Source: Octopus vulgaris (taxonomy: Eukaryota). From it: a stretch of 64,000 nucleotides of DNA. The notes below the pieces were generated by a model that saw only the letters and a program-made list of their open reading frames with translations, was not told the DNA's origin and searched no databases. The stretch is taken from assembly GCA_951406725.2 (NCBI GenBank), contig OX597815.1:129642001-129706000 (forward strand), read 5' to 3'. Numbering within the stretch: position 1 is the stretch's first letter; each line of letters starts with the position of its first letter. This document shows positions 34,618-48,026 of the stretch, piece by piece. The position numbers and the translations under genes were made by a program.

Positions 34618-37434
34618 ATTGTATGTGCATGTTTATGTGTACTCTCATCTAAGTATTTCATGATGGTTGTAAATAAGCATCATCATCATAAAAGTAAGGT
34701 TATTCATTCCAAGTTTTCCATGAAAAACATCAAGCTATGGGAAAATCTTACCCTGCTTGAAAACAGGTAAGGGTTGGAGACAGGAAGGGCATCCAGCTGT
34801 AAAGAATCTACCTCAACAAATTCTGTCTGACCTATGCAAGCATGGAAAAGTGGACTGATGATGATGATGATGACATATTATCATCATCATTGTTTAACGT
34901 CCGCTTTCCATGCTAGCATGGGTTGGACGATTTGAATGAGGACTGGCAAACCAGATGGCTGCACCAGGCTCCAGTCTTGATCTGGCAGAGTTTCTACAGC
35001 TGGATGCCCTTCATAATGCCAACCACTCCAAGAGTGTAACGGGTGCTTTTACAAAACTTGGGAGCAGAGACATTTGTTTAGCATAATCATTGTACATCTA
35101 ATTTCCATGCTGACATGTGTTGGCTGGGTTGTCATGGCCTGAGTCGTCTTCCACTGAGTGCCAGATTTCTAAAGACTAGGTGTTCATAATCGTGTTATTC
35201 CATTTGGTTTCTATAACCATATGCAGTAACATCCCACAATTCAGTAATTTCATGTGGACTAAAGTGATGGTTGACCGCAAACTTATAATTGGAATTAAAT
35301 TACTCTGACCTGATATTACATGTATGTATATTAACCCTTACGTATTTAAATAGGTCATATTTGGCCCAAATATTCTACCTGCATTATATCCAAACTGGCC
35401 AGATCCAGCCTATTACACCTAATGACATTCTAAAAATAAACAATCACATTATCAAAAATCTTGAAGTTATGAGATAATGCATGATTAATTCAAAATAATA
35501 TGACTAAATAAGCATTACATTTGACAGAGTAGTTTGAATGTTAAAGAATCAAAAAATGGTGGTTGGGAGTTGGTGCTGAAAAAAACTATTAGTAAAAGAA
35601 AAGTGATAGTTTAAAAAGTCTAACAAGCACTGATAGAGAGCAAAATACAAAAGTACAAATATGAATGAAAAGATGGGCTGGTCATGGCTGGAATGCCTTT
35701 AGTTATATGTCTGCTTGATCAGAGCTGAGCTGGAGCTAAACAACTTACACCTGCATCAGCTGACAATGAATCAGCTATGATGGAGGCTTCTGTTTAATTT
35801 TGCAGAAACAATATCAATCACTTTAAAAAACTTCATGTTTTATAATACATACAATTATTACTGTTGTTATTCATTAAACATGAGAGTCTACAGTATCAGT
35901 CACTGCTCATCAGGTCATGAACAGACGACTGATACTTTATCATAAATAATACTATAAGCAAATAATGGTTCCAAATTTTGGCACAGGGCCAGTAGTTTTT
36001 GAAAAGAGGGGAAAATCGATCCCACTGACCCTAGTACTTGACTGGTATTTATTTTGTTGACCCCAAAAGGATGAAAAGCAAGGTTGACCTCAGTAGAATT
36101 TGAACTCAGAATGTAAAGACAAGTGAAATGCAGCTAAGTTAACAATTCTTTTTTACTCAGAGTGGTTGGCGTTAGGAAGGGCATCCAGCTGTAGAAACTC
36201 TGCCAGATCAAGACTGGAGCCTGGTGCGGCCGTCTGGTTCGCCAGCCCTCAGTCAAAATCGTCCAACCCATGCTAGCATGGAAGGCGGACGTTAAATAAT
36301 GATGATGATGATGATGATGCACAAGGCTCGAAATTTTGGGAGAGGGGGCCCAGTTGATTAGATCAACCCCAGTATACAACTGGTACTTAATTTATCAACA
36401 CTGAAAGGATGAAAAGCTAAGTCGACCTTTGCAGAATTTGAACTCAGAATGTAAAGACAGACAAAATGCTGCTAAGCATTTTGCCCAGCTAACAATTCTG
36501 CCAGCTTGCTGCCTTACTATTGGCATATAATACAAAAAGTATATATATGTAAGAATGTGTAATAGTGTTTAGCTTCAAGGCAGTTCTGATTGAGCTGACT
36601 TATGGTCAAAAGATATCCAGTTTTAGTTTTCAAACCTAAAAAATAAATGCAAGGGACCTACAAACCCACTACTCCCCTGTCCTTCTTAATCTATGTATGA
36701 CAAGGAGCCTTTTTGCTTGAAATATCAGCTGGAAATCCTTCGATACAGTCAATGGATTTATTTTCAGCTCTATGGTTCAAGACATTTCATAAATACAGAA
36801 AACAAACATAAGAAACCTACAAACCACCTGATAAGACTAAATATCCCCTATGAAAAAAAAAAAATCTGACGTGAAGGATCCAGGTACATTACTGATAGGA
36901 ATCTTGTCTTCCAGCCAAGATATTAATTGAAGAGCCATAAGAAAGTTTTAAAAGCCAAACAGAAATTTGGCTGGATAAGAAGTTTTAAATAAAAAAAAAA
37001 GTAGAACGATTACAATGACGATGTACCAAAGCAAGATTCTACTCTCCCACTTCCTGAAATGCAACTCAATTCTGGTGTATTCCCAACATTAGAAAAAGAC
37101 AGTAATTTTCCAAAATATGCAGAGATCTGTCAAATTTGAAATCTAGTTCCTTGAACGCAAAGATTCCTGGAAGCAAACAAGAGCTGAAGATCTATTCAAT
37201 AGAAAGAAGAGAGATATTATTCTGTCTTGAAATTTTGTAAAACGTGGCACCAAATATGATAAAAGGTGCAGGAGTGGCTGTGTGGTAAGTAGCTTGCTTA
37301 CCAACCACTTGGTTCAGTCCCAGTGTGGTATCTTGGGCAAGTGTCTTCTACTATAGCCTCAGGCCGACCAAAGCCTTGTGAGTGGATTTGGTAGATGGAA
37401 ACTGAAAGAAGCCCGTCGTATATATGTGTGAATG

Positions 37435-37465
<31 letters not shown>

Positions 37466-38063
37466 GTATGTGTGTGTGTGTGTATGTTTGTGTGTCTGTG
37501 TTTGCCCCCCCCCCCCCAACATCGCTTGACAACCGATGCTGGTGTGTTTACGTCCCCGTAACTTAGCGGTTCGGACTTTTTAACCCTAACCCTAACCTTT
37601 GTTTATAAAAATGATTTATTTACTTAGTATAAAAAATTATTTAGGATCGAGCACTTACGACTAGCTAGCGCGGATACGCGTGTGCGTGCAGCGGGATCAC
37701 ATTTCGCTAGTAGTACACAGCTGGTCAAACTTGTGCAACTCTGAAATGTTTTTATATCACTAGAAAATGTTGGAACAATAAAATGATTGCAATAAACACA
37801 AATAACCTTTTCCTCAGAAAGGCATGAACGTCAAACATTACCATCTTATGTTATAATTAAGTGCTTTTTGTCAAGTTAACTATCTAGCGGAATTTAGACC
37901 GAAACAAACTTTTAAATAAACAACTAATTTCCGCCATCAACGGTTCAAAAAAAAAAAAGCCAATGGGATTTACTAAAGCTATAGTAATCCTGTACGATAT
38001 TAAATAAGGAACAATAATAACAATGATTATGGAAGAAGGATGAACAAACATTTGTAAACTTAC

Positions 38064-38280
38064 CGATAATGAATGATTATCACAGATTCACTTTTAAATT
38101 GCGCGCTGCTGATTTATAATATTATAGAAAGCCGTTGATTCGTATGATCTACTTTAATTACGATTAACATGTTGATTCAATAATTTACAAAAAAAATTAA
38201 AGCTTGTGGTACTTTGAACGTTAAAAAATATTCTATTTAATTTTTATGGTAGAATAGAAAAGAAATTAGTGTAATTCCGG
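38064..38280 (-). other. CIP2A: Candidate non-coding first exon and TSS region of CIP2A
   Basis: Strong minus-strand donor CG|GTAAGT at 38064/38063 in unique, CpG-retaining sequence; the coding exon 1 acceptor at 33143-33144 needs an upstream donor. The 5' boundary is a guess. Confidence 0.5.
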
Positions 38281-40649
38281 TTAGTGATTCCACCCTTTCC
38301 AACAAAATGTTACTTTCGTCAATAGCAACAGAATAAAAAGATGTCAATGCAAAAAAACAACAAAAAAAAAACAAATAAATAAATAAAAGGAATAAAAAAC
38401 GTGTTAGAAACGAAGAAAAAAAGAAAGTATCTTCTTGTTATGAAATAGAAACTAAAGATAATACGCGACTAAACAACTACGGATTCCGACTTCTCCCATT
38501 AAGACGTGGAATTGGTAATTGGAAAGGGGGTGCTAACCAAACAGATCGACATAGTCTAATAAGGCAGTCAAGATGCAAATGGAATCATAAAAGAAGAAAT
38601 ATAGGGCGTAACGACGCTTTTAAAGAAAGAAAATAGCTGAAGAAAGCTAACTTTTGTTCAAGAAATATGATTTCGGTTGATTAACCCCTATTAATTTTTT
38701 TTATTTAGTCGGAGAAAGTTCGCTGCTATTTAAGAAATATATTTTCGCATGTTAAATCTCATTTAATTTTGCCATTAGTCAACAGGAAATACAAATTTAA
38801 CTTCGGTTAGGAAATGAACTGTATTGGTAATTTATAGTTCCAAAGGAAATATAACAGCTACTAGGGTCCAGAAAATCTTGTAGCGGGTATGTCCATTGGA
38901 ATCCGGACAAAAGTCCCTAGTACAAAACCCCTTCCGACAAAACTCCCATAGTTAAAGTGTGAAAGTGGGCAAAACCCCCTCGGTTGTATTTTTTGGTTAT
39001 TTTTTCGTTTTTATCCCCTTTTACTTGTTTCGGATCTTTTCGGTTTGTACGGCAGTTTTTCTAGCGGTGTCATATGAAATTGTCACCCTAGTATCGATCT
39101 ATTGCATTTCAATCTGTTTTAGAGTTAGGGTTAGGGTTAAGGGTGGGGGGAAGGGTATCTTTTTTTCTTCAGAAATGTAAATAAACCCAATCTGTTTCTT
39201 GTCATTCCTTATCCAAGTGACCTTAACATATCGCCTATCACTTGTTATGCGCTCATAAATTAGTTTGATAGTTGAGCTTTGATTGGTTGTATGCAAATGG
39301 TCCATAACTGGGGTCCGGAACTCTCGTGGGAAAAAATTTCGCGGCCAGCTTGCCAGCTTGCCCGATGGAAAGTGGGCCCCTTAGACATTAGAGTCCATAT
39401 ATGGGGGGGGGGGCATGAAAAAACCTTCGGTTTCAAAGAAAATATCTGAAGTCGGCACTCTTTGGTTATTTCACCCCCATTAAGAAATTGGGTTCTCCTC
39501 CAACTAAAAAAAAATTGTTTAACCCTCAATAAAACAAAACAAAAAAAAATGAAAATAATTAATAAACAGGAAAAGCAAAAAGATTAAACATCTTGTTGAA
39601 TTTAATATTTTTATAACAAATCATACAAAACTGAAAAAATTAATAAACATGGAAACAGAAAAAATTAATTATCTTATTGAATCTAATAACATTTTTACTA
39701 CAAATCATACCATGCCCATTGAGGAGGCCAAAAATCAACAATGTGTTGAAATACTGAATCAAAAGAATCTAACCATTTTAATTCAGTCTCTTGTCACCAC
39801 ATAAACTCAATATTTTAGTGAGGAGATAACCCAAAAGTACCAACTTCAGATATTTTCTCTGAGCGTGACATAAACAGTAGAAAGCACGGAACCGTGAAGT
39901 ATATTTGCCACCTAAATGTGGCGGACCCACAGGGGACGATGCTACTGTTGATTATAGCCCCAGGAAGACATCTCCTCCAGCTGGCTAACGACACACTGTC
40001 TGTATCCAATTAGTATTTGCGAAGGGAAATTATCGTTCCCATCTCTAGCCTCACGTGATACACACAGACCCGGGTTTCTGAATAGTAAACCCGTCATCAG
40101 CATATGACAGTCACCAGCTGTCGATGAGAGCTCAAACCAAACGCAAAATACTATAATCTTTTTCCAGTGACAAACTTTCGCTTATCTCAAAAAAGGAGAA
40201 ACAAGCAATAAATAATATCTGAGCGAAACGTAAACAGTAGCAGTACGGAATCGTGAAGCATATTTGCCACCTAAAAAGAAAAAAGGAAGAAAAAAAACCC
40301 AAAACAATTTACCACCTTGGGTTGAAAAGTTGGGGGCGCTGGGAAACCTCTCTAATAGCTATTGAGACACACCCGCACGCTTGCAGCGTTGCCGCGGGGG
40401 ATGGTGAGGCTGATGCGGAGGTCGCACCGTAATGGTGAGGAGCGAGATCTGACTTTGGATGCTGACCCATTTTCTCTTTTTCCCCCACGGAACCCGTTAT
40501 GCCAGACATAACTAGTTAATACAATATTGATAAAATATAAACTAGTTACGTCTGGTATAACTGAGCAGTTATCTCCCTCTAATTATTGGAAATAAATAAT
40601 AACAGGAAACGAAAGTATTTTTTTTTACTTCAAACATCATTTTGGAGAC

Positions 40650-40652
40650 ATG
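40650..40652 (+). CDS. PPIL3: PPIL3 start codon at the end of the first exon
   Basis: GAGACATG|GTCAGT; the next exon begins in phase 0 with SVTVHTDVG and lacks its own Met. Confidence 0.75.
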
Positions 40653-41692
40653 GTCAGTATAAATTTGCATTCCTGATTTATGTGTGATTTAATATTAGGT
40701 AGGACCTATTTTAATATATTGAGGGATCAATTTCTTATTTACAAAATAACCCCATTACATGGATATTAATACATAAGACGGGTTTAGGAATATTATGCGG
40801 TATTCATGCGTTACTGAAAGGGGTAAAAAGGTATTAAATTGCGAATTAATTGATGTGAAATTGCTACAAATAGGAATCGAAACCTAGCTGTTAACTCTGT
40901 TCTTTGGGAGCTGAGACAACGTTAACCAGGTGTCCCGCTCGCTCTATTAGATATACACTCACTAAGACACGGTTTTTGTATTATTTTTTCTTAACTGTAT
41001 TTTCTGTGTGCTGTTTTGCAATAACTATAATGCAATTTAGTTGAAAACCTGACCTGTATTAATAATATCCAAGCAGATATTTAATTATTTTTTAAAGGTG
41101 AAAGACAGGCTTGAAAGTGTTTACCATTCTATTCTCATAAGGTATTACTAGAAACTGTATTAAGGCGGCGAGCTGGCAGAATCGTTAGCACGCCGGACAA
41201 AATGATTTGTCGACGTTGCCTTTCATCCTTTCGGGGTTGATAAAATAAGTTCTACGTAACACATTCTACCATTATCCGAAGTTTCAAAGTGTTTAGTTTT
41301 TAAAAAAAATTAATTAAAAAATCTGTTCATGAGATGGACTAAACCCCTAGACTTTTCACCAAAATATATGGTCATAATTTGCAAGAAGAGAGGGCTAATA
41401 TTCTGAGCATATGCTTCATGTGTTTATTCCACATGCCTTTTTTTGGCGGAGTTTTGGAATAGCTGTCCCTCAAAGTTCCATAGATTTTGTCTTTCATTTT
41501 ATTTTCTCTTTTTATTTCTGATTCCTGCAACCGAAATTACGATTCTGAGACTATATTACTTTTAAAAATTTCAAGCATTTTTGTCCCTGCCCTACTTCCC
41601 TCCTCTTTTCCTTTCCCATGAAACTACTATTTTAAAATTTTCGCCCCCCTTTTTAAGAGATGAATGTCAATCTCTTTCTCTTCACTTGTAAT

Positions 41693-41729
<37 letters not shown>

Positions 41730-44700
41730 TAGACTAACAATTTATCGAATCAATGTATTTGAAATCTAATTGAGAGGTGATATGTTTTGAGTAATTATAA
41801 ACATTTGAAAGATAGTTATTTTGAAGAATTTAAAAACTGTAAAATATGTTTGAATTGTATGCAAAGTTGGAACATGTTGTGCATCAAAGAATTTATCATT
41901 TACCAAACATTCACGAATTAAAATTCTTGTGGAATGTTTTCCTTTTATTGGTTAATTCTTGAATATTGTTTACTGAAACATTGAGTAGAAGGAGAAATTT
42001 TACATATCTAAATAACAGAAAATATAATTCAAAGTCCTTGTCTTGTGGGCTTGCAGGTGCTGGTGCCAGGTGAAAAAACACCCATTTCAGTGTCACGTAA
42101 AAAGCACCCATGCTGATGTCAGGTAAGAAGCATTCTTGCCAGTGCCATGTTGAAAGCACCCAAGCTGATTCCACATAAGAAGTACCCTTGCTGGTGTCAC
42201 ATATAAAGCACCTGTGCTGGTGCCATGTAGAAAGCACCCATGCCTTTGCCACATAAATGCACACAGTACACTTTGTAAAGTGGTTGATGTTAAGAAGGGC
42301 TTCCAGCCATAGAGACCATGCCAAAATAGGCAGTTGGGGCCTGGGCAGCTCTCTGGCTGGCCAACTCCTCTCAAACTGTCTAACCCATGCTAGCATGGAA
42401 AACAGATGTAAATGATGACAATGAATTGCTAAACCGTTTATTACCAGAGTATGAATCTGAATCTAAGTGTGAGATGGTGTTGGTGGTAAAACTTAAATGC
42501 TGAAGATTCAGTGAATCATTTTTGTTTTGCAGTCTGTTACAGTTCATACTGATGTAGGTCCAGTTAAGATTGAACTATTCTGTGAACAAGTCCCTAAAGC
42601 TTGTGAGGTAAAGATAATTTCCAGATTTATTACAATTTATTTGTAATTTGTTTTTATTTATTTGTAAATTCATGCCTGCTTATTAAAATCTCATTAACCC
42701 TTTAGCATCTAGATTCCTCTGTTGAATGTAATGCTAATTTATTTATGTTTTGAATTAATCATGCATTATCCTGTAACTTCATCATTTAACGCCTGCTTTC
42801 CATGCTGGCATGAGTTGGACGGTTTGATTGAGGACTGGTAAGCCAGGAGGCTGCACCAGGCTCCAATCTGATCTGGCATGGTTTCTACAGCTGGATGCCC
42901 TTGCTAGTGCCAACCACTCCGAGAGTGTTGTGGGGCCAGTCTGGTGCACTGGCATTGACCATGCTTGAATGGTGCTTTTTACATGCCACTGCCATGGGAG
43001 CCAGTCAGGTGGCACTGGCATTGACCACATTTGAATGGTGCTTTTTATGTGCCACCAGCACGTGTGCCAGTCAGGTGGTATTGGCCATGACAACGATTTC
43101 ACTTCACTCAACCGGTCTTCTCATGCAAAACATATTGCCCAATGATTGAAGGGATCTCTTAAATGGGCTGTTTTACATTGACATTGTAGGGTAGTTGTGA
43201 GAGGCTGAATTTGGTTGGTTTGAACAATAAGCAAGTAGAATATTTGAGCCTGATTTAGCTATTTTAAATGCTCAATGGTTAAATTACCTTTGTTAAGTGA
43301 AGATGCATGAGTTAGTGGTTAGGGTGTTTGGCTCATGATCATAACGTCATGGGTTCAATTCCTGGAGAAGGAAGCAGTGTCCTTGAGCAAGGCTCTTCCT
43401 TTCATGTTGCTCCAATCTATTCAGTTGAAAATGTGTACTAGCTGAATGTTGGTGCAGCTTTCTCATCTTCAAACTGTAACACCCTGGCTGTGCTGCTGGG
43501 TCAAAAAGTGGGGCGCTTGGAGACTTGAGAGGATATCTATGTCTGCTCACAGTTACATAGGCACCTAAAAATGAGCAAAAGCATGGGATATGTTATCAAG
43601 CCATACTCCTTTGCAAGTGATGACTGGTTCTTTAACTTTTGTTACATCTAGAGGCTGAACCAGAGAAATCCAGCCATGGCACATGATACTTTAAAATCTC
43701 CTCTCCATGATATCATATTTTTATCTTGCAGGAATTTTTTCTCTTGACTTCTACCTTTCATTGCTTAAATATGTGTGTGAGTGTATGTGTTTCATATGTA
43801 TTTCATATCAATATAGTTTTATTTTTGTGTAACTGATTTCAAAGATGGTACATTGTTTACAGAACCAGATATTGAATTTGTGCTGGTAATTATTGTGTTC
43901 CTTTGCCATTGGTATAGTCATGGTTGAGTTGTTAAATTCACTGGGCTATCAGGAATTTGATCTCATTGCACTGCACCTTGTGTGAGTGTCTTATATCATT
44001 GCCTTGGGATGACTCAAGCTTTGTAAATGAAATTGAATATATGGAAACACAGTTGAAGCTTAATGAATGAACTGCACTAATAATACACAGGTCCAGCCTT
44101 GTCAAACACTGTTTCTATCTGTGTTATTATATTAAAACTATAAATATTTATGGAATACTGTACTCTCTAGAGCAACATATAATTGAAAAGATTTCCATTA
44201 ACATGTAGCGTACAATCCAAATCTTGTCATAGAAAAGAATGATCCTACAAGGTACTTTATTCTATCCTGCTTCAACAAAACTCATTATTTTCCAAATATA
44301 TTTCTTTTCCAGAATTTTCTAGCCTTATGTGCTCAAGACTACTACAATGGCTGCATATTTCATCGGAACATTAAAGATTTCATGGTTCAAACTGGTGACC
44401 CAACTGGTTAGTGTTAAGTGAACAGAATAAATATTTCTTTCTTCTGTGCTTCATTCTGTCTTTCATGTTTTTGTGTTTAATACTTTCGTGATTGCCTAAT
44501 TTCCAGTTATATTCAAGTGTTATACACACACATATAGACATTCCTTCCTTTCTGTTCTTTTTTTTGTTTTTCAAGTTACTTGGCAATCTCACTAGTGTTG
44601 GCAGCGTGAAAAAAAAACACCCAGTACTCACTAAAGTAGTTGGTATTAGGAAGGACAGCCAGCTGTAGAAACCATGCCAAAGCTAACACTGGAGCTTGAT

Positions 44701-47700
44701 GCAGCCTTGAGACTCACCAGAGCATCCAACTCCTGCCATCATTGAAAAACGAATGCTACGTGTTGATGATGGTATATATATATGTGTACTTTATTTGTAG
44801 TGTGGAGAAGAATATACATGAAACCATTGGTTGTCTTGATAATCCACAAATAAAGAATATGTATCCATCAATGTAGTGTTGAGCACACACTGTAAACGAT
44901 GATGATATTGTAGGTGCAGATGTGGTTGTTTGGTTTTTAAGAAGTTCAGTTCCATCACATGATCTCTTAAAATGGGCAGACCTCTTTAACTATATCCTAG
45001 TGCCCACCAAAGCCTTGGGAATGATTTTGGTTGGTGGAAATCAAAAACAAGTACATCATATATATGTGTTCTTGTCTTGACATTGTAAACAAATTCCGCT
45101 ATCACACAAACGGTAATGTTTGTTTGCATTCTTCTATGAAAATATGTCTTGACATGATATTTTCCTTGCTTGGAAACATGAATGTTGGTGATAGGAAGAT
45201 CATTTTGCTGTAGAAAATATACTGCAATGAATTTTGTCTGACCCATGCTAGCATGGAAAAGTGACTTGTTGATATAATGATGAAACCTCTCAGGGAAATT
45301 CAGCGTGACACAAAGTGTGACAAGGCTGGCCCTTTGAAATACAGGTACAACAGAAACAGGAAGAAAGAGTGAGAGAAAGTTGTGGTGAAAGAATACAGCA
45401 GGGTTCACCACCACCACCTGCTGGAGCCTTGTGGAGCTTTAGATGTTTTTGATGTTTGGTCTGGGAATCAAAACCGTGATCCTAAGACCGCGAGTCCACT
45501 GCCCTAACCACTGGGTCATTACACCTCCACAATTGCATTAGTAACACACAACATTTCTATGGAGGGAATTATTGCTGATTTTGTAGGCTATTCATGATGA
45601 TACTAGTTCAGACTAATAAATTAATTGATATTTTTATTTTTTATTCTCTTAAACAGGAACAGGCAAAGGTGGTACTAGTATATGGGGTGGAAAATTTGAA
45701 GATGAATTCCGAGACAGTTTAAAGGTTTGTTATCTGATATTTTCCTTCACTTTGTATCTAAACCTTCTCTTAGCATATACCAACTGCTATTATTTGCTTA
45801 GAACCTGGAAGGATGAAAAGCAAAGATGAAATTGGTAGGAGCTGAATTTTGGCTGTAAAGAGATGGAACAAATACCATAAGGTATTTTTTCCCAGACTCA
45901 TGATTCTGTCAATTGACTTCCTGAGTAGTTGTAGTAGTAGTAATAATAATAATAGTGACTAACTAAATTAGCATACACTAGTATAATAATAATAATCCTT
46001 TGTACTAAAGGCACAAGGCCTCAAATTTTTTGGGGGAGGTGACTAGTTGATTACATTGACTTCAGTGATTCACTGGTACATAATTTGTTGACCCAGAAAG
46101 GATGAAAGGCAAAGTCGACCTCAGCAGAATTTGAAAACAGAACATAAAGACAGACGAAATACACCAAGCATTTTGCCTGGCATGCTAATGATTCTGTCTT
46201 CTCCCTACCTTTGCCATCTTTACTATTATAGGCACAAGGCCTGAATTTTTTTTTTGTGGGGGAAGCGGGGCTAGTTGATTATATGAACCCCAGTGCTCAA
46301 CAGGTACTTATTTCATCAACCCTGAAAGGATGAAAGGCATTTGAACTCAGAACATAAAGAGCTGGAAGAAATACTGCAAGGTTTTCTTCTGATACTTTAA
46401 TATTTCTACCTGTCCACAACAACAATAATAATGGTTTTGAAAGAAATTACTGCTAAAATGTAAAAATATCTCCTTCCTTCTTTAGCACAACACACGAGGC
46501 ATAGTATCCATGGCTAGCAGTGGTCCAGACACCAATGGCTCTCAATGGTTTATCACTTATAATAAGCAACCACATTTGAACATGAAATACACAGTTTTTG
46601 GACGGTAAAAACTTTCTCTTTATTTTCATTTCATTGTAATTGAATATTAACAGTAATATTCATATCTGATTTGGACACATCACAAAATTCAAGAGAAGAT
46701 GGTGGTGTAACTGAATTTCTGGGGAAAATCATCTCTATAAACTGGTATCTTATCCAAGAGGAAGATTTGTTTTTTGTCTAACTGCTACAGAAACCGTAGT
46801 CAAGTATTGGTCCAGTGGATGTGTGAAGTTTGTATTAATTTAGTCAAGTTTATTTATCGTTATAATATAGATGCAAGAGCATTATTAAACAATGGAATTA
46901 GGTTTCTTAGGACAATAGTGATCATTCACTTGGCAATAAGAACCAGTTGTGTTCTACCACCAGTGTTTTTCCTCTGCAATTAATAATTACCAATTGTTAT
47001 TGTACCTCCTTGGATAAGAATTGATTCCTGGTATCACTTAAACCCAAATACATCTAAGTTTTCAGGCAGAGCCCTTCGTGCTTGGATGAGAGACTCTGCT
47101 AGGAGGAGTGTTAGAGAGGGCTTTGTTTTCTTTCTCTCCATACAGTCAACTAACATGATTTTTTTTGCTTTTACTGTATTTACTTTTGATAATAGAATGA
47201 GAAGATTGGGTGAAGCTATTTGGATGTTAATAGTTTGGTACAGCTGACTTGACATTCAACTCATTTTGGCATTGGAGGCAAACATACATACACACACAGA
47301 AATACACACAAACAGTAGAGAGAGCATGGGAGCCAGTCAGGTGGCACTGGCATCAGCCATGACTACGATTTCACTTGACTCAACAGGTCTTCTTAAGCAC
47401 AGTATCTTGCCTGCCAACTCAAGGGTACTTTTAAACGGGCTGGTTATGCTACACTGGCATTGGCCACGACTGCGATCTCATTTTACTTGCCAGGTCTTCT
47501 CAGTCACAGGTCTCAGGCTCCTGTCATTGCTTCTGTGAGGCCCTTAAAGAGAAATATGTTCACAGAGAGAGAGAAAGAGAGGGGAAAGTGAGAGGAACAT
47601 TAAAATGCCTGATGTCAAATAAATCAGCATTGAATCAGTGATGTCAGGTAGGTGGCACCAGAATAGCTGTGCCCAAACGTCTCAACCTTTTATGAATTCA

Positions 47701-47997
47701 TTCTGTCCAAACAAATATTAAATGACGATAATTAACACAGGCCTCTTCAAACTTAGCTTTAGTACATGAAACAAATGAACTGTGTTGCAGATTTGTGGGA
47801 AGGGGAGGGGAGCTTACCACTGCCTTATAGCATTTACCAAAAATGACTTAATGTGTTATTTTTTTTCCAGAGTTATTGATGGCTTCGAAACCTTGGATGA
47901 AATGGAGAAAGTTCCTGTGAATGAAAAGAATTTTCGTCCTTTGAATGATTTAAAGATAATTAATGTCACTATTCATGCCAACCCATTAGCAACGTAA
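40650..47997 (+). CDS. PPIL3: Peptidyl-prolyl cis-trans isomerase-like 3 (cyclophilin J), complete, 161 aa
   Basis: Exons 40650-40652 (ATG|GTCAGT), 42533-42607, 44313-44406, 45657-45724, 46486-46604, 47871-47997, all GT-AG and in frame: [75 protein letters not shown]...HANPLAT. Matches recalled PPIL3 sequence and length. Confidence 0.97.
41697..41727. repeat. (AT)n microsatellite
   Basis: Directly visible. Confidence 0.95.
42533..42607 (+). CDS. PPIL3: PPIL3 exon ([25 protein letters not shown])
   Basis: TTGCAG| acceptor, GAG|GTAAAG donor, 75 nt. Confidence 0.96.
44313..44406 (+). CDS. PPIL3: PPIL3 exon (NFLALC...[16 protein letters not shown])
   Basis: TTCCAG| acceptor, G|GTTAGT donor, 94 nt; cyclophilin catalytic FHR..FM.Q motif. 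Confidence 0.97.
45657..45724 (+). CDS. PPIL3: PPIL3 exon ([23 protein letters not shown])
   Basis: AAACAG| acceptor, AAG|GTTTGT donor, 68 nt. Confidence 0.96.
46486..46604 (+). CDS. PPIL3: PPIL3 exon ([25 protein letters not shown]...VFG)
   Basis: CTTTAG| acceptor, CG|GTAAAA donor, 119 nt. Confidence 0.96.
47871..47997 (+). CDS. PPIL3: PPIL3 last exon ([17 protein letters not shown]...HANPLAT*)
   Basis: TTCCAG| acceptor, TAA stop at 47995-47997. Confidence 0.96.
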
Positions 47998-48020
47998 CAT
48001 CATTTCATTGTAAATATAAC

Positions 48021-48026
48021 AATAAA
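48021..48026 (+). terminator. PPIL3: Polyadenylation signal AATAAA for PPIL3
   Basis: AATAAA 23 nt after the stop codon, followed by GT/T-rich sequence. Confidence 0.65.

Noticed and set aside
36990-37235. Coding-looking plus-strand stretch (NDYNDDVPKQDSTLPLPEMQL...)
   Set aside because: Short, interrupted by stops, no recognisable family and no splice partners; probably a decayed element.
37581-37597. Telomere-like CCCTAA repeats (also TTAGGG at about 39125-39143)
   Set aside because: Only two or three units embedded in repeat-like sequence; not a telomere or a meaningful interstitial array.
39915-40010. HDV-like or twister ribozyme fold suggested by CTCCTCCAGCTGGCTAA
   Set aside because: I could not build P3/L3/P1.1 of the HDV fold or the twister pseudoknots by hand; kept only as a conserved stem-loop.
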